Source: Promethearchaeota archaeon (GTDB lineage Archaea; Asgardarchaeota; Lokiarchaeia; Sigyniarchaeales; SOKP01). From it: a stretch of DNA of 64,000 nt. Shown piece by piece: positions 27,182-36,048 of this stretch. The stretch covers positions 333-64,332 of the forward strand of contig JBHLNR010000003.1 in the NCBI GenBank assembly GCA_048941385.1, given 5' to 3'. The position numbers and the translations under genes are program-made. The notes under the pieces are model-generated. The model made no database searches and was not told the DNA's origin. It saw nothing but the letters and a program-made list of their open reading frames with translations. The first letter of the stretch is position 1, and every line of letters starts with the position of its first letter.

Positions 27182-27763
27182 TTAAATATTATTTTTTTCC
27201 ATCCATTCATCTTTAAAAATAGCAAACTGATGCATATCAACATATTCACCATCTACAAAAAGTTCCTCTCTCAACACAGTTTCTTCTTTGAATCCAAGCT
27301 TTTCTGCTACGCGAAGTGATCTTCTGTTTGGATTATAAACACCTGCACAGATCTTATGGAAATTTAGCTCAGTAAATCCATATTTTATTAATAAATTCGC
27401 AGCCTCACCAACTAAGCCTTTTCCCCAATCCTCTGGTTCTCCGATAACTGCAGAGATGAATGCGTTCCTGTTTATCCAATTAATCAAAAAGAACCCTATT
27501 GTACCTATTGGGCGTTTATCTGCTTTATGATAAATTACAAAAAATATGACCTCTCTTGTACCTCGTTCTGACGGAGGTTCAAACCAGCTTTTTATCTGCT
27601 CCGGTATCATAGGCATGTCGTGTCGAGCTAAATGTCTTACTCTTGGATCATTATTCCACTTACAATATAAATTAACCCATTTAGAACTTTGAGCAACTAG
27701 ATCAATCCTCTCTCCCTCAATAAAAGGGAAAACACCATCTTCTTTGTCTTCTTTATCAATCAA
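27182..27763 (-). CDS. GNAT N-acetyltransferase, RimJ/RimL-like (paralog 1 of 4)
   Basis: 193 aa. Pattern FPFIEGE-IDL...W-NDPRV...IG-IGF--INW-NRNA...GEPE-WGKG...A---L--YGF-ELN-HKI. Confidence 0.8.
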   Translation of the reverse strand: MIDKEDKEDGVFPFIEGERIDLVAQSSKWVNLYCKWNNDPRVRHLARHDMPMIPEQIKSWFEPPSERGTREVIFFVIYHKADKRPIGTIGFFLINWINRNAFISAVIGEPEDWGKGLVGEAANLLIKYGFTELNFHKICAGVYNPNRRSLRVAEKLGFKEETVLREELFVDGEYVDMHQFAIFKDEWMEKNNI

Positions 27764-28350
27764 TCAATATCACCTTTTATCTTCTCTTTTTCAGTTTTCA
27801 TCCACTCTTTTCTAAGAATTGCAAACTTATGAATATCAAAATACTTTCCGTCGATGTAGATATGTTCCTTTTGGACACCCTCCTTTTTCAACCCTAATTT
27901 TGCAGCAACTCTAAGAGATCGTTGATTTGGATTATGAATAGAGGCATTGATTTTGTGGAAATTCAATTCAGTAAATCCATATTTTATCATTAATTCTGCA
28001 GCTTCTACAGCTATACCTTTTCCCCAATATTCTGGTTCTCCTATCTCTGTAAATATATTGGCATTTCGATTCACCCAATTAATGCGATTAAAACCAATAC
28101 TTCCAATAGGGCGTTGATCCCTTTTATGAAATATTATAAATATAATGAAATCTCTTATTCCTCTTGGGGGATTTTCGAACCATTTATTTACCTCCTCAGG
28201 GATAATAGGAAATTCATGCCTTGCATATTGACGAACTCTGGGATCGTTCTGCCATTTCGCATATAAATCTGCCCATTTAGAATTTTGAGCAACCAAATCT
28301 ATTGTTTCTCCTTGAATAAAAGGAAAAACAGATTCCTCTTTATCATTCAT
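27760..28350 (-). CDS. GNAT N-acetyltransferase, RimJ/RimL-like (paralog 2 of 4)
   Basis: 196 aa, roughly 60% identical by eye to paralog 1. 4-nt overlap with it. Confidence 0.8.
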   Translation of the reverse strand: MNDKEESVFPFIQGETIDLVAQNSKWADLYAKWQNDPRVRQYARHEFPIIPEEVNKWFENPPRGIRDFIIFIIFHKRDQRPIGSIGFNRINWVNRNANIFTEIGEPEYWGKGIAVEAAELMIKYGFTELNFHKINASIHNPNQRSLRVAAKLGLKKEGVQKEHIYIDGKYFDIHKFAILRKEWMKTEKEKIKGDID

Positions 28351-28365
28351 TCTCTACCACCACAT

Positions 28366-28959
28366 TTATTGATTATTTTTCTTTCTATTAATCCAATCTT
28401 CCTTTAATAAGCGGAAGGTTTTATTATCTAGATACTTTCCATCCACATAGATTGACTCCTTTTCAATACCCTCTAAAGTAAATCCAATCTTTTCAGCAAC
28501 AGACCATGAAGCAATATTATCAATTATTACACCCCCATGAAGCTTATTCAGATTTAATTCTCTGAAAGCATAATTAACTAATAATACAGTCGCTTCTGTA
28601 GCAATATTCTTTCCCCAATAATCTTTCTCTCCAATCCAAATATATGCATTCGCCCATCCATTTACCCAATCTATATGTCCTAATCCTATTCTTCCAATAG
28701 GCTTTTTATCTTTTTTATGCCATATTTCAAAAGAAACATGTTCCTTAAACTCAATTTGTGGGGTATCATATCTTTCTTTTTGTTCATCTAGGGTTCTTGG
28801 AATTACATTTCGGGAATATTTTCTAACAATGGGATCATTTTTCCATTTAGCATATAATTCTGCATGCTTTGAGTTTAATGCGCAAAGATCCAAGTTCTCT
28901 CCTTGAATAAATGGAAAGTGATCAATTATCTGTTTTTTATCATTATCTTGTTCTTCCAT
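28366..28959 (-). CDS. GNAT N-acetyltransferase, RimJ/RimL-like (paralog 3 of 4)
   Basis: 197 aa. Same architecture but more divergent (HIDWVNGWANAYIWIGEKDYWGKNIATEA). Confidence 0.8.
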   Translation of the reverse strand: MEEQDNDKKQIIDHFPFIQGENLDLCALNSKHAELYAKWKNDPIVRKYSRNVIPRTLDEQKERYDTPQIEFKEHVSFEIWHKKDKKPIGRIGLGHIDWVNGWANAYIWIGEKDYWGKNIATEATVLLVNYAFRELNLNKLHGGVIIDNIASWSVAEKIGFTLEGIEKESIYVDGKYLDNKTFRLLKEDWINRKKNNQ

Positions 28960-28961
28960 TA

Positions 28962-29537
28962 TTACTGATCACCTTGAAGACTTAGCCATTCTCTTTTTAA
29001 AATTGAATATTTTAGAGCATCTATATACTTTCCATCAATATATATCTCTTTTTTTAAGGTTAATTCATGCTTAAAACCATTTTTTTCAACTACTTTAACT
29101 GAGGATACATTTGGAGTAAAAACTGTCGCATTTATTTTATTAAAGTTCAGTTCATTAAATCCGTATTCTACAACTAGTTTTGCAGCTTCTGTAGCAAATC
29201 CTTTACCCCAGTATTCGGGTTCTCCAATTAAATAGAACAGAAATGCATTTCTATCAAGCCAACGAATATCAATAAAACCCGCATATCCTATGGGTTTTTC
29301 ATCTGCTTTATGCCATATTTCAAGAAAGATCTCAGATTTCATAGTTTCTTGTTTAGGTTCAAACCATTTTTTTACCTCTTCTATAATTTGAGGGAATTCA
29401 TATCTTGCATACTTTCGAATTCTTGGATTATTCATCCACCTAGTATACAGATTAATATGCTCTGTATTAGGGGGACAGAGATTAATATCTTTTCCCTCAA
29501 TAAATGGAATACTTTTCTTACCTTTGTCTTCTTCCAT
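28962..29537 (-). CDS. GNAT N-acetyltransferase, RimJ/RimL-like (paralog 4 of 4)
   Basis: 191 aa. Same architecture (IDIRWLDRNAFLFYLIGEPEYWGKGFATEA). 2 nt from paralog 3. Confidence 0.8.
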   Translation of the reverse strand: MEEDKGKKSIPFIEGKDINLCPPNTEHINLYTRWMNNPRIRKYARYEFPQIIEEVKKWFEPKQETMKSEIFLEIWHKADEKPIGYAGFIDIRWLDRNAFLFYLIGEPEYWGKGFATEAAKLVVEYGFNELNFNKINATVFTPNVSSVKVVEKNGFKHELTLKKEIYIDGKYIDALKYSILKREWLSLQGDQ

Positions 29538-29694
29538 GTTTACTTTCTTTTAACTTTCTGTAGTTATTAAATTAATATGCTGTTTCTTAAATCTTTATTG
29601 ATTTCTTTATCCCAATGATTTAAAGGTCTTCACTGATATAATTTATAGAAGATTAGATCAAGAAAAAAGTATACTTAAAAAATACAGAAATAGA

Positions 29695-29744
29695 TTTACA
29701 AAAAAAAGAAAAAAAATTTTTATAAAATTGTTTCACAAAACAAT
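29695..29744 (-). terminator. Hairpin plus long oligo-T tract immediately after the histone gene
   Basis: On the minus strand, TTGTTT-TGTG-AAACAA directly follows the stop, then TTTTATAAAAATTTTTTTTCTTTTTTTT. Confidence 0.5.
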
Positions 29745-29957
29745 TTAGACTATTTTCATTGCCAAGTCCATATCTTCAAGAGTTAATTTCTTTCGACCAG
29801 CGTGTCGGGTCATTTCGAGTGCTTTATTTGTCATACCCTTAGCTAATTTTTCTAAATAATCAATTAGAGCATCAACAGCATCTCGAGCAACCATTTCAGC
29901 ACCATTATCTTTCATTAACTTTCGAACTGGACTCCAAGCAAAGACTTTCTTTGCCAT
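29745..29957 (-). CDS. Archaeal histone (HMf-type histone fold, no tail)
   Basis: 70 aa. AWSPVRKLMKDNGAEMVARDAVDALIDYLEKLAKGMTNKALEMTRHAGRKKLTLEDMDLAMK matches the three-helix histone fold with the conserved RxGRKT-like loop. Confidence 0.85.
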   Translation of the reverse strand: MAKKVFAWSPVRKLMKDNGAEMVARDAVDALIDYLEKLAKGMTNKALEMTRHAGRKKLTLEDMDLAMKIV

Positions 29958-30260
29958 ATTCTTATTCCTCCACTATATAATTTTTAATATACGTATTGTT
30001 AAAATTTTACTTAAAACTTCTTTAAGTTATAATACTTATTTCAAATATATAAAGATTACGGTAGATAATCGATAGAGTATGTTTGGGTTAATAATTTCAT
30101 CCGATCGACAAAATAGCGATGTCCTAGAAGAACGTCGGGAGATATAGTTCTGAGCTCACAGATCCAAGATTTTTCTTAATTATCAAAAAAAAAGCAGTTA
30201 TAGAGATGTATGATTAAAATGTATATGAACCCTAATGAAAATAAAATGAGGTTTATTAAA

Positions 30261-30830
30261 TTATAAATTTAAGCGCATAACATAGAAATTCTTAAATTTT
30301 TTATAAACTACAAATCCTTCAGACTCATACATCGATACTGGTCCACGATAACTATGTGCATCTGATAGATCACCTACTCTCGGGTATGATTCAATAATGT
30401 CGTATCCTTCATTTTTATAATGAGTAATTGCATGATTTAGGAGCTTTCGAGCTATACCTTGCTTTCTATGTGTATGACCAATTAAAAAACAAACAATTCC
30501 CGCAATCTGTTTCCCTTCAGAATCTGCTATATCGTATTCATAAAGCTCTTTAGCAAAATTTTCTCTTGAATTTATATTACACCACCCAATAGGTCTATCT
30601 TCTAAATAAGCTAGAAATCCATGCATTACTCCTGAGATGATCAAATTGATTGAAGCATCACGATTATCTTCTTTTGTTTGATTTCCCCAGTTCTTATTAC
30701 TTCCAGCAAAATGATAATATCGACAATAACATCCTGACCAATCAGGATTGTCAGCAAAACCAACATTTTCAAAGAAAAAAATCCAATCATCAAGCAGATC
30801 CGAACTTAAGGATTTTATAATTAGTGCCAT
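30261..30830 (-). CDS. GNAT family acetyltransferase (different subfamily)
   Basis: 189 aa with the acetyl-CoA motif HRKQGIARKLL and the typical GNAT beta4-alpha3 spacing. Confidence 0.7.
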   Translation of the reverse strand: MALIIKSLSSDLLDDWIFFFENVGFADNPDWSGCYCRYYHFAGSNKNWGNQTKEDNRDASINLIISGVMHGFLAYLEDRPIGWCNINSRENFAKELYEYDIADSEGKQIAGIVCFLIGHTHRKQGIARKLLNHAITHYKNEGYDIIESYPRVGDLSDAHSYRGPVSMYESEGFVVYKKFKNFYVMRLNL

Positions 30831-30929
30831 TTATTTATTAACCTCTTCTAATTTTATTTTTATTTGATTGAATTCTAATTTAAACTCTAAGATAAGAAAT
30901 CTTATTTATTTAATTATTTAAGGAAATAG

Positions 30930-31403
30930 TTAAGAACTATTTTTATTTTTTTTTAAGCTTAAAATTATAGCAGGAAAGATACAGAAGAAAAAAAGCAAAA
31001 GACATAATGTTAAGAACCCATTTCGTGCAAATTCTCCTAAGCCACCGCCAAACTCTGTTATTGAATAATAAACAATGTTTCCTATAATTAACCAAATCAC
31101 TAAAGGTGTGCTAATTACAAATAATATGTAAGCATAAGACCTGGGTTGTCTTAATTTTTTATTACTGAGTTTTATGTTATGACTTGGTTTTTCCTGTAAT
31201 ACAGTAGAATATATGAAAGGAAAAAATAAGAGATTAGCCATAATATAACAAATAAAGAAGACACCAGCATTCGCCGCGCTTTCAAAGATATCATACATTA
31301 CATGATACCCGTTAAAAGTGATAACCACATATGGGAGAATGAAACCTATAATTGATATATAACATATGGCAAATATCAATAAACTTTTCGTTTTTTGCAT
31401 CAA
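30930..31403 (-). CDS. Hypothetical integral membrane protein
   Basis: 157 aa with four hydrophobic helices. No recognisable motif. Confidence 0.5.
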   Translation of the reverse strand: MMQKTKSLLIFAICYISIIGFILPYVVITFNGYHVMYDIFESAANAGVFFICYIMANLLFFPFIYSTVLQEKPSHNIKLSNKKLRQPRSYAYILFVISTPLVIWLIIGNIVYYSITEFGGGLGEFARNGFLTLCLLLFFFCIFPAIILSLKKNKNSS

Positions 31404-31553
31404 TTTTTAGTATTAATGATCCTTTATTTTCCTTTTTATTTCACAATTCTACAAGCTTACTAATTAGAATCTATAATTTGATGAAGCGAACATGAGTTTT
31501 TAAAAATCATCAGAAATTACCTTAATTATATATAATATAAAAGGTTAAAGTTT

Positions 31554-32621
31554 TTGAAAAAAATCATTTCTTATTGTGGCGGAGATGGTGTTGGACCAGA
31601 AGTAGTGAATGAGGGTCTTAATATATTAAAGGTTATTATGAATTATTCTGATTTCGAGTTTGAGTTTCAGGAAGCTCCTGCTGGGGGCAATGTCTATAAG
31701 AAATTTGGAGAAAGTTTACCCGAACAATCATTTGGAATTATAAAAAATTCTGATGCTTTGTTGTTTGGGGCGGTAGGATTACCAGATCTACCTCCAGGAG
31801 TGGGTGAGGTAGCAGTATTACAGATACGACAACGATTAGATCTATTCGTAAATTTAAGACCAATCAAACTCTATGAATCTTTAAAAGATAGATGCCCTTT
31901 AAAAGATGAATTCATCGGGAAAGGTATAGACATCGCATTTGTGAGAGAGAACACAGAAGGACTCTACGCAAATAAAGGAGCAGTTTTAAAAGATGATATT
32001 GCTGAGAATTTAATGGTAGTCACAAGAAAAGGTTGTGAGAGAATTATAAACTACGCTTTTGAGTATGCAAAACGAAGGGGTCATTCAAAAGTCACTTCTG
32101 TAGACAAAGCAAATCTATTAAGTCCTAGTAAATTATGGAGACGGATTTTCCATGAGATTGGTGATACATATCCAGATATCGAAAAAGAAGATATTTATAT
32201 TGATGCCTACTGTCAGTGGTTAATAAGAAAACCAGATTCTTTTCAAACTGTTGTAACTGGGAACATGTTCGGTGATATTATCAGCGATGAGGGTGCATTT
32301 CTTATAGGAAGTTTAGGAATGGCATCAAGTGGTAATATGTATCCTGGAAAAACATCAATGTATGAACCTATTCATGGTTCCGCTCCAGATATCGCAGGAA
32401 AAGGCATTGCAAATCCAATTGGAGCAATTCTGAGTGTTAAATTGATGATGCAAGAATCGTTTCAATCTCTTGATATTGCAGACTTAATTGAATCTTCAGT
32501 AGAAGAAGCACTTAAGGAAGGTCGAACAATCGATATAGAAAATCCTAAAATTAAAACTCTCACCACAAAGGAAATGGGAAATTTGATATCAGAAAAGCTG
32601 AGTAAGAAATTAAAATCGTGA
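31554..32621 (+). CDS. Isocitrate/isopropylmalate dehydrogenase family protein (3-isopropylmalate, tartrate or D-malate dehydrogenase-like)
   Basis: 355 aa. GDGVGPEV, VRENTEGLY, DKANLL, NMFGDIISDE and HGSAPDIAGKGIANP motifs. TTG start. Confidence 0.8.
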   Translation: MKKIISYCGGDGVGPEVVNEGLNILKVIMNYSDFEFEFQEAPAGGNVYKKFGESLPEQSFGIIKNSDALLFGAVGLPDLPPGVGEVAVLQIRQRLDLFVNLRPIKLYESLKDRCPLKDEFIGKGIDIAFVRENTEGLYANKGAVLKDDIAENLMVVTRKGCERIINYAFEYAKRRGHSKVTSVDKANLLSPSKLWRRIFHEIGDTYPDIEKEDIYIDAYCQWLIRKPDSFQTVVTGNMFGDIISDEGAFLIGSLGMASSGNMYPGKTSMYEPIHGSAPDIAGKGIANPIGAILSVKLMMQESFQSLDIADLIESSVEEALKEGRTIDIENPKIKTLTTKEMGNLISEKLSKKLKS

Positions 32622-32632
32622 AATTCTAATTC

Positions 32633-34192
32633 CTAATACTTGTCGTCAATGCTAGAAAGCATTGATTTCAACTGATCAAATATATCAATCCGAAAATCAT
32701 CCCCTATTCTGAAAAAAAGTAAGTCAACTGCTTTTTTATCAAGATAATCATCAACGTTTAATTCTCCAATAATCTGTGACCAACTAGTACTTTCCAATGC
32801 TCTAATTCCAATCAAAATAACACCATTATCTTTAATATTATTGATTATTTTTATTATAATCTCCTTCCATTCAGTTTCAACGCGCTCCTTATCTCTGGCA
32901 TCAAAAATGCAAAACACACCATCAGAACTAGAAATATCATCAGCGGCAGAATATAAATGTTGTTTTAGTATCAATCCATTTGAATATTGGAAGACTTGTT
33001 CGTCATCATAATCTCTTACCGTTGCACTTTCTCCTAATTGTTTAATTTTAACAAATGTTTGTAGTCCTGGACTCCACGTATTATTCTTTGTAATAAATGA
33101 AAGAGTAAGAACTATTTTTTTATTTAAGATGGATAATATTTTTTCATATAGCATGTCACTCCTTCTACTATCTTCAATTTCTTTACTTTTCATTACGTAG
33201 TGATATGAGATCAAGTTAAAAGCATCCTCTATATTCTCTCCCGTCAAAGCACTTGTTTCAATATAAGATAATTTGGTTTTTTCATTTTCTGATATTTTAT
33301 TTGCTAATTTCACACCTTCTTGATAAAATATTTGACGTTCATCGCTTAGATCTGACTTATTACCAACCAAAACAATAGGCAGTTCCTCATCAGTAGTGAA
33401 CTCTTTTAATTCTTCATACCATTCTGTTATTTTTTCAAATGATTCCCGTTTAGTCAAATCGAAAACAATGAAAGCCGCCTGTGTTCCAGTGTAATATGAC
33501 TTCCTAAAACGACGAAAATATTTCTGAGCCCCCAGGTCATATAAGGTGACCCCAATTTCATTTCCAAAAAATTCAAATGTATGTGTCAAAACATTCAGTC
33601 CAATTGTTGCTCTATAATCGTGCGAAAACTTTTTTTCAACAAATCTACGGATAATTGACGTTTTTCCTACCTCATGATTTCCAATAATTACGAATTTAAA
33701 ACGGTATTCTCCCCTTGTCGTCATCTCCATTTGATAAAGTTGATTTTTTAACCTTTGAACATTCTCGGCTTCGTATTCAAAATTAGGGACTGAAACTTGA
33801 ATTAGATCGCCTTCTTCAGCAGTTAAAATCTGAGCCGTTTTTTCAGCTAAAAATAAACCATAAGGTGATAGCTTCTCGATTGAGGCCATGCTATCTAAAA
33901 CTAGGCTTAATATTCGTTCCTCATCAACTGATATAAACAAAAGGCGATGTTCTTCTGTGTCAAAACTTGCATTTCCGAATTTCTTGAAAGCGAATTCATT
34001 ACGCATACGCTGTAAAACAGGATTGACAATAGAAGTTAAAACAGATACTAATTCAATATCAACATCTTTTCTCTTTTCACCTGCAATGATTAATCCTTCA
34101 CTATCTGAGACAATTACAGCTTCAACTTCTTGATTTATCTTGAGAAATTTAGTAAAGAAATCAATAAATAACTTGTTTTTACGTACAACCAA
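32633..34192 (-). CDS. Roadblock/LC7 domain - Ras-superfamily GTPase - C-terminal degenerate domain fusion (paralog A)
   Basis: 519 aa. Roadblock-like N-terminus (VEAVIVSDSEGLIIAGEKR...VSVLTSIVNP...LLFISVD). GTPase G1 GNHEVGKTS, G3 DLGAQ, G4 GNKSDL, G5 ETSALTG. About 170-aa C-terminal domain. Confidence 0.8.
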   Translation of the reverse strand: MVVRKNKLFIDFFTKFLKINQEVEAVIVSDSEGLIIAGEKRKDVDIELVSVLTSIVNPVLQRMRNEFAFKKFGNASFDTEEHRLLFISVDEERILSLVLDSMASIEKLSPYGLFLAEKTAQILTAEEGDLIQVSVPNFEYEAENVQRLKNQLYQMEMTTRGEYRFKFVIIGNHEVGKTSIIRRFVEKKFSHDYRATIGLNVLTHTFEFFGNEIGVTLYDLGAQKYFRRFRKSYYTGTQAAFIVFDLTKRESFEKITEWYEELKEFTTDEELPIVLVGNKSDLSDERQIFYQEGVKLANKISENEKTKLSYIETSALTGENIEDAFNLISYHYVMKSKEIEDSRRSDMLYEKILSILNKKIVLTLSFITKNNTWSPGLQTFVKIKQLGESATVRDYDDEQVFQYSNGLILKQHLYSAADDISSSDGVFCIFDARDKERVETEWKEIIIKIINNIKDNGVILIGIRALESTSWSQIIGELNVDDYLDKKAVDLLFFRIGDDFRIDIFDQLKSMLSSIDDKY

Positions 34193-34267
34193 AGATACTC
34201 TCCAGTTTATTTTATCTTCAATATGATAATTTTGCTTATTATTCTTTATTATAACTATAAGATTTTT

Positions 34268-35854
34268 TTAAAGATATTTAATTGTGTTAAGCATTACTTT
34301 AAGTTGATCATAAATTTCCAACCTATATTCTATTCCAATTTTGAAAAACAACAAAGATATCATTTTTTGTTCCAGTAACTCATTTACATCAAATTCTTCC
34401 ATTATTCGGGACCAGTTTGTTTTTTCACTTACTCTTATGCCTATTAAAACTACTTTATTCTCCTCTAGATCGTTGATAATCTTTACTACAACATCCTTCC
34501 ACTCAGGCTCTATATGATCTTCATAACGGGCGTCAAAGATGCAAAACACACCATCAGATTTGGATACATCAAAATTTTTATAAAGGAAATTTTTAATCAT
34601 TACACCATTAGAAAACTTGTATATTTTCTCATTATACTCATCTTTTATCTTCTCTAGTTTGTACTCACAATTAATATCTGAGAGAATTTGTAATCCTGGA
34701 CTCCAGAATTCGTTTTCTGATATAACAGTTAATGTTAACAGGTTTTCTAAATTTACGCCTTGTTTCATTCTTTTTTCTAATATTAAGTTTTGCTCCTCTA
34801 ATAGATCGAGTTTTAATCTATCCTCTTCTTCTTGCTTACTTTGAGATATATAATGATATGCTATTAATGTAAAGGCGTCTTCTACGTTTTCTCCAGTTAA
34901 CGCACTGGTTTCGATGTAGGAAGCTTTAATATTCAAGTTTTTAGAAAGCTCGCTAACTAAATCCACACCCTCCTGGTAAGTAATTGCTCTTTGATCCCGT
35001 AAATCTAATTTGTTTCCGATGATAATGAGAGGAATTTTTCTTTGATCAATAAATTTTTCTAATTCCCCATACCAGTTCATTACATTATCAAATGATTGTT
35101 TTTTAGTTATCTCAAATACAAGAAACGCAGCCTGTGCACCTAGGTAATATGTTTGACGGAATCTTGCAAAGAATGATTGAGCACCTATATCCCACAGACT
35201 ATAGGCAACTTTATTCCCATAAAACTCTATATTATGACTTAAAATATTTAATCCTATTGTTGCGCGATAATCATGGGAAAACTTATTCTCCACAAATCTT
35301 CTCACTAAGGATGTTTTCCCCACTTCATGATCTCCAATAATAACAAACTTGAATCGATAAGTACCCCCTTGGTCTAATCTCATTTGATATATTTGATTTT
35401 TAACCCTTTCCTCGGTAACAGAAGCATCAGTTTCATATTCAAAATGAGGAATCGTCATCTGTATGTTGTCACCTTCCTCTGCATTAAGTATCTGAACCGC
35501 TTTTTCTGCTAGGAGATATGCATAAGGCGAAGCTCTATCAACAGAGGCCATATTATTTAGAACAACACTTAACGTTCTTTTTTCATCCAGGGAGATAAAT
35601 AAAAGGCGATAAAATTCTGTATCAAAACTGGCAGTTCCAAACTCTCTGAAAGCGAATTCATCACGGATCCTTTCTAAAATAGGATTGATAATTGAAGTTA
35701 AAACTGATACTATTTCCATATCAATATCTTTTCTTTTTTCACCAGCTATGACTAATCCCATCTGATCACTTACAATGACAGCTTCTACATCCTTATTAAT
35801 TTCCAAGAAAAGGTTAAATATTTTTGTAAAAAGTTCATTTCTATTTATTGACAA
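34268..35854 (-). CDS. Roadblock/LC7 domain - Ras-superfamily GTPase - C-terminal degenerate domain fusion (paralog B)
   Basis: 528 aa, collinear with paralog A (roughly 55-60% identity by eye). G1 GDHEVGKTS, G3 DIGAQ, G4 GNKLDL, G5 ETSALTG. Confidence 0.8.
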   Translation of the reverse strand: MSINRNELFTKIFNLFLEINKDVEAVIVSDQMGLVIAGEKRKDIDMEIVSVLTSIINPILERIRDEFAFREFGTASFDTEFYRLLFISLDEKRTLSVVLNNMASVDRASPYAYLLAEKAVQILNAEEGDNIQMTIPHFEYETDASVTEERVKNQIYQMRLDQGGTYRFKFVIIGDHEVGKTSLVRRFVENKFSHDYRATIGLNILSHNIEFYGNKVAYSLWDIGAQSFFARFRQTYYLGAQAAFLVFEITKKQSFDNVMNWYGELEKFIDQRKIPLIIIGNKLDLRDQRAITYQEGVDLVSELSKNLNIKASYIETSALTGENVEDAFTLIAYHYISQSKQEEEDRLKLDLLEEQNLILEKRMKQGVNLENLLTLTVISENEFWSPGLQILSDINCEYKLEKIKDEYNEKIYKFSNGVMIKNFLYKNFDVSKSDGVFCIFDARYEDHIEPEWKDVVVKIINDLEENKVVLIGIRVSEKTNWSRIMEEFDVNELLEQKMISLLFFKIGIEYRLEIYDQLKVMLNTIKYL

Positions 35855-36048
35855 TAATTATTCTACCAACGGTCTATTTTTTAGGTGAAAATTGCATTCT
35901 TAACAATATAGTAACATAAGATCTATATAACTATTTTTCAAAGTTTTGCTAAAAAGATACTATTAAAAGTCTTTAGTCTATAATTTTAATATATAAAGCC
36001 ATTTGGATACTAGGGATAATTAAAAAAAAGGCTCACAACTGAATCGTT

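Noticed and set aside
30095-30175. Locally GC-richer intergenic island between the histone and a GNAT gene, considered as a C/D-box sRNA or other ncRNA
   Set aside because: No properly ordered C (RUGAUGA) and D (CUGA) boxes on either strand, no convincing stem, and no tRNA-like arms. It could be a gene remnant, but there is not enough evidence to call it.
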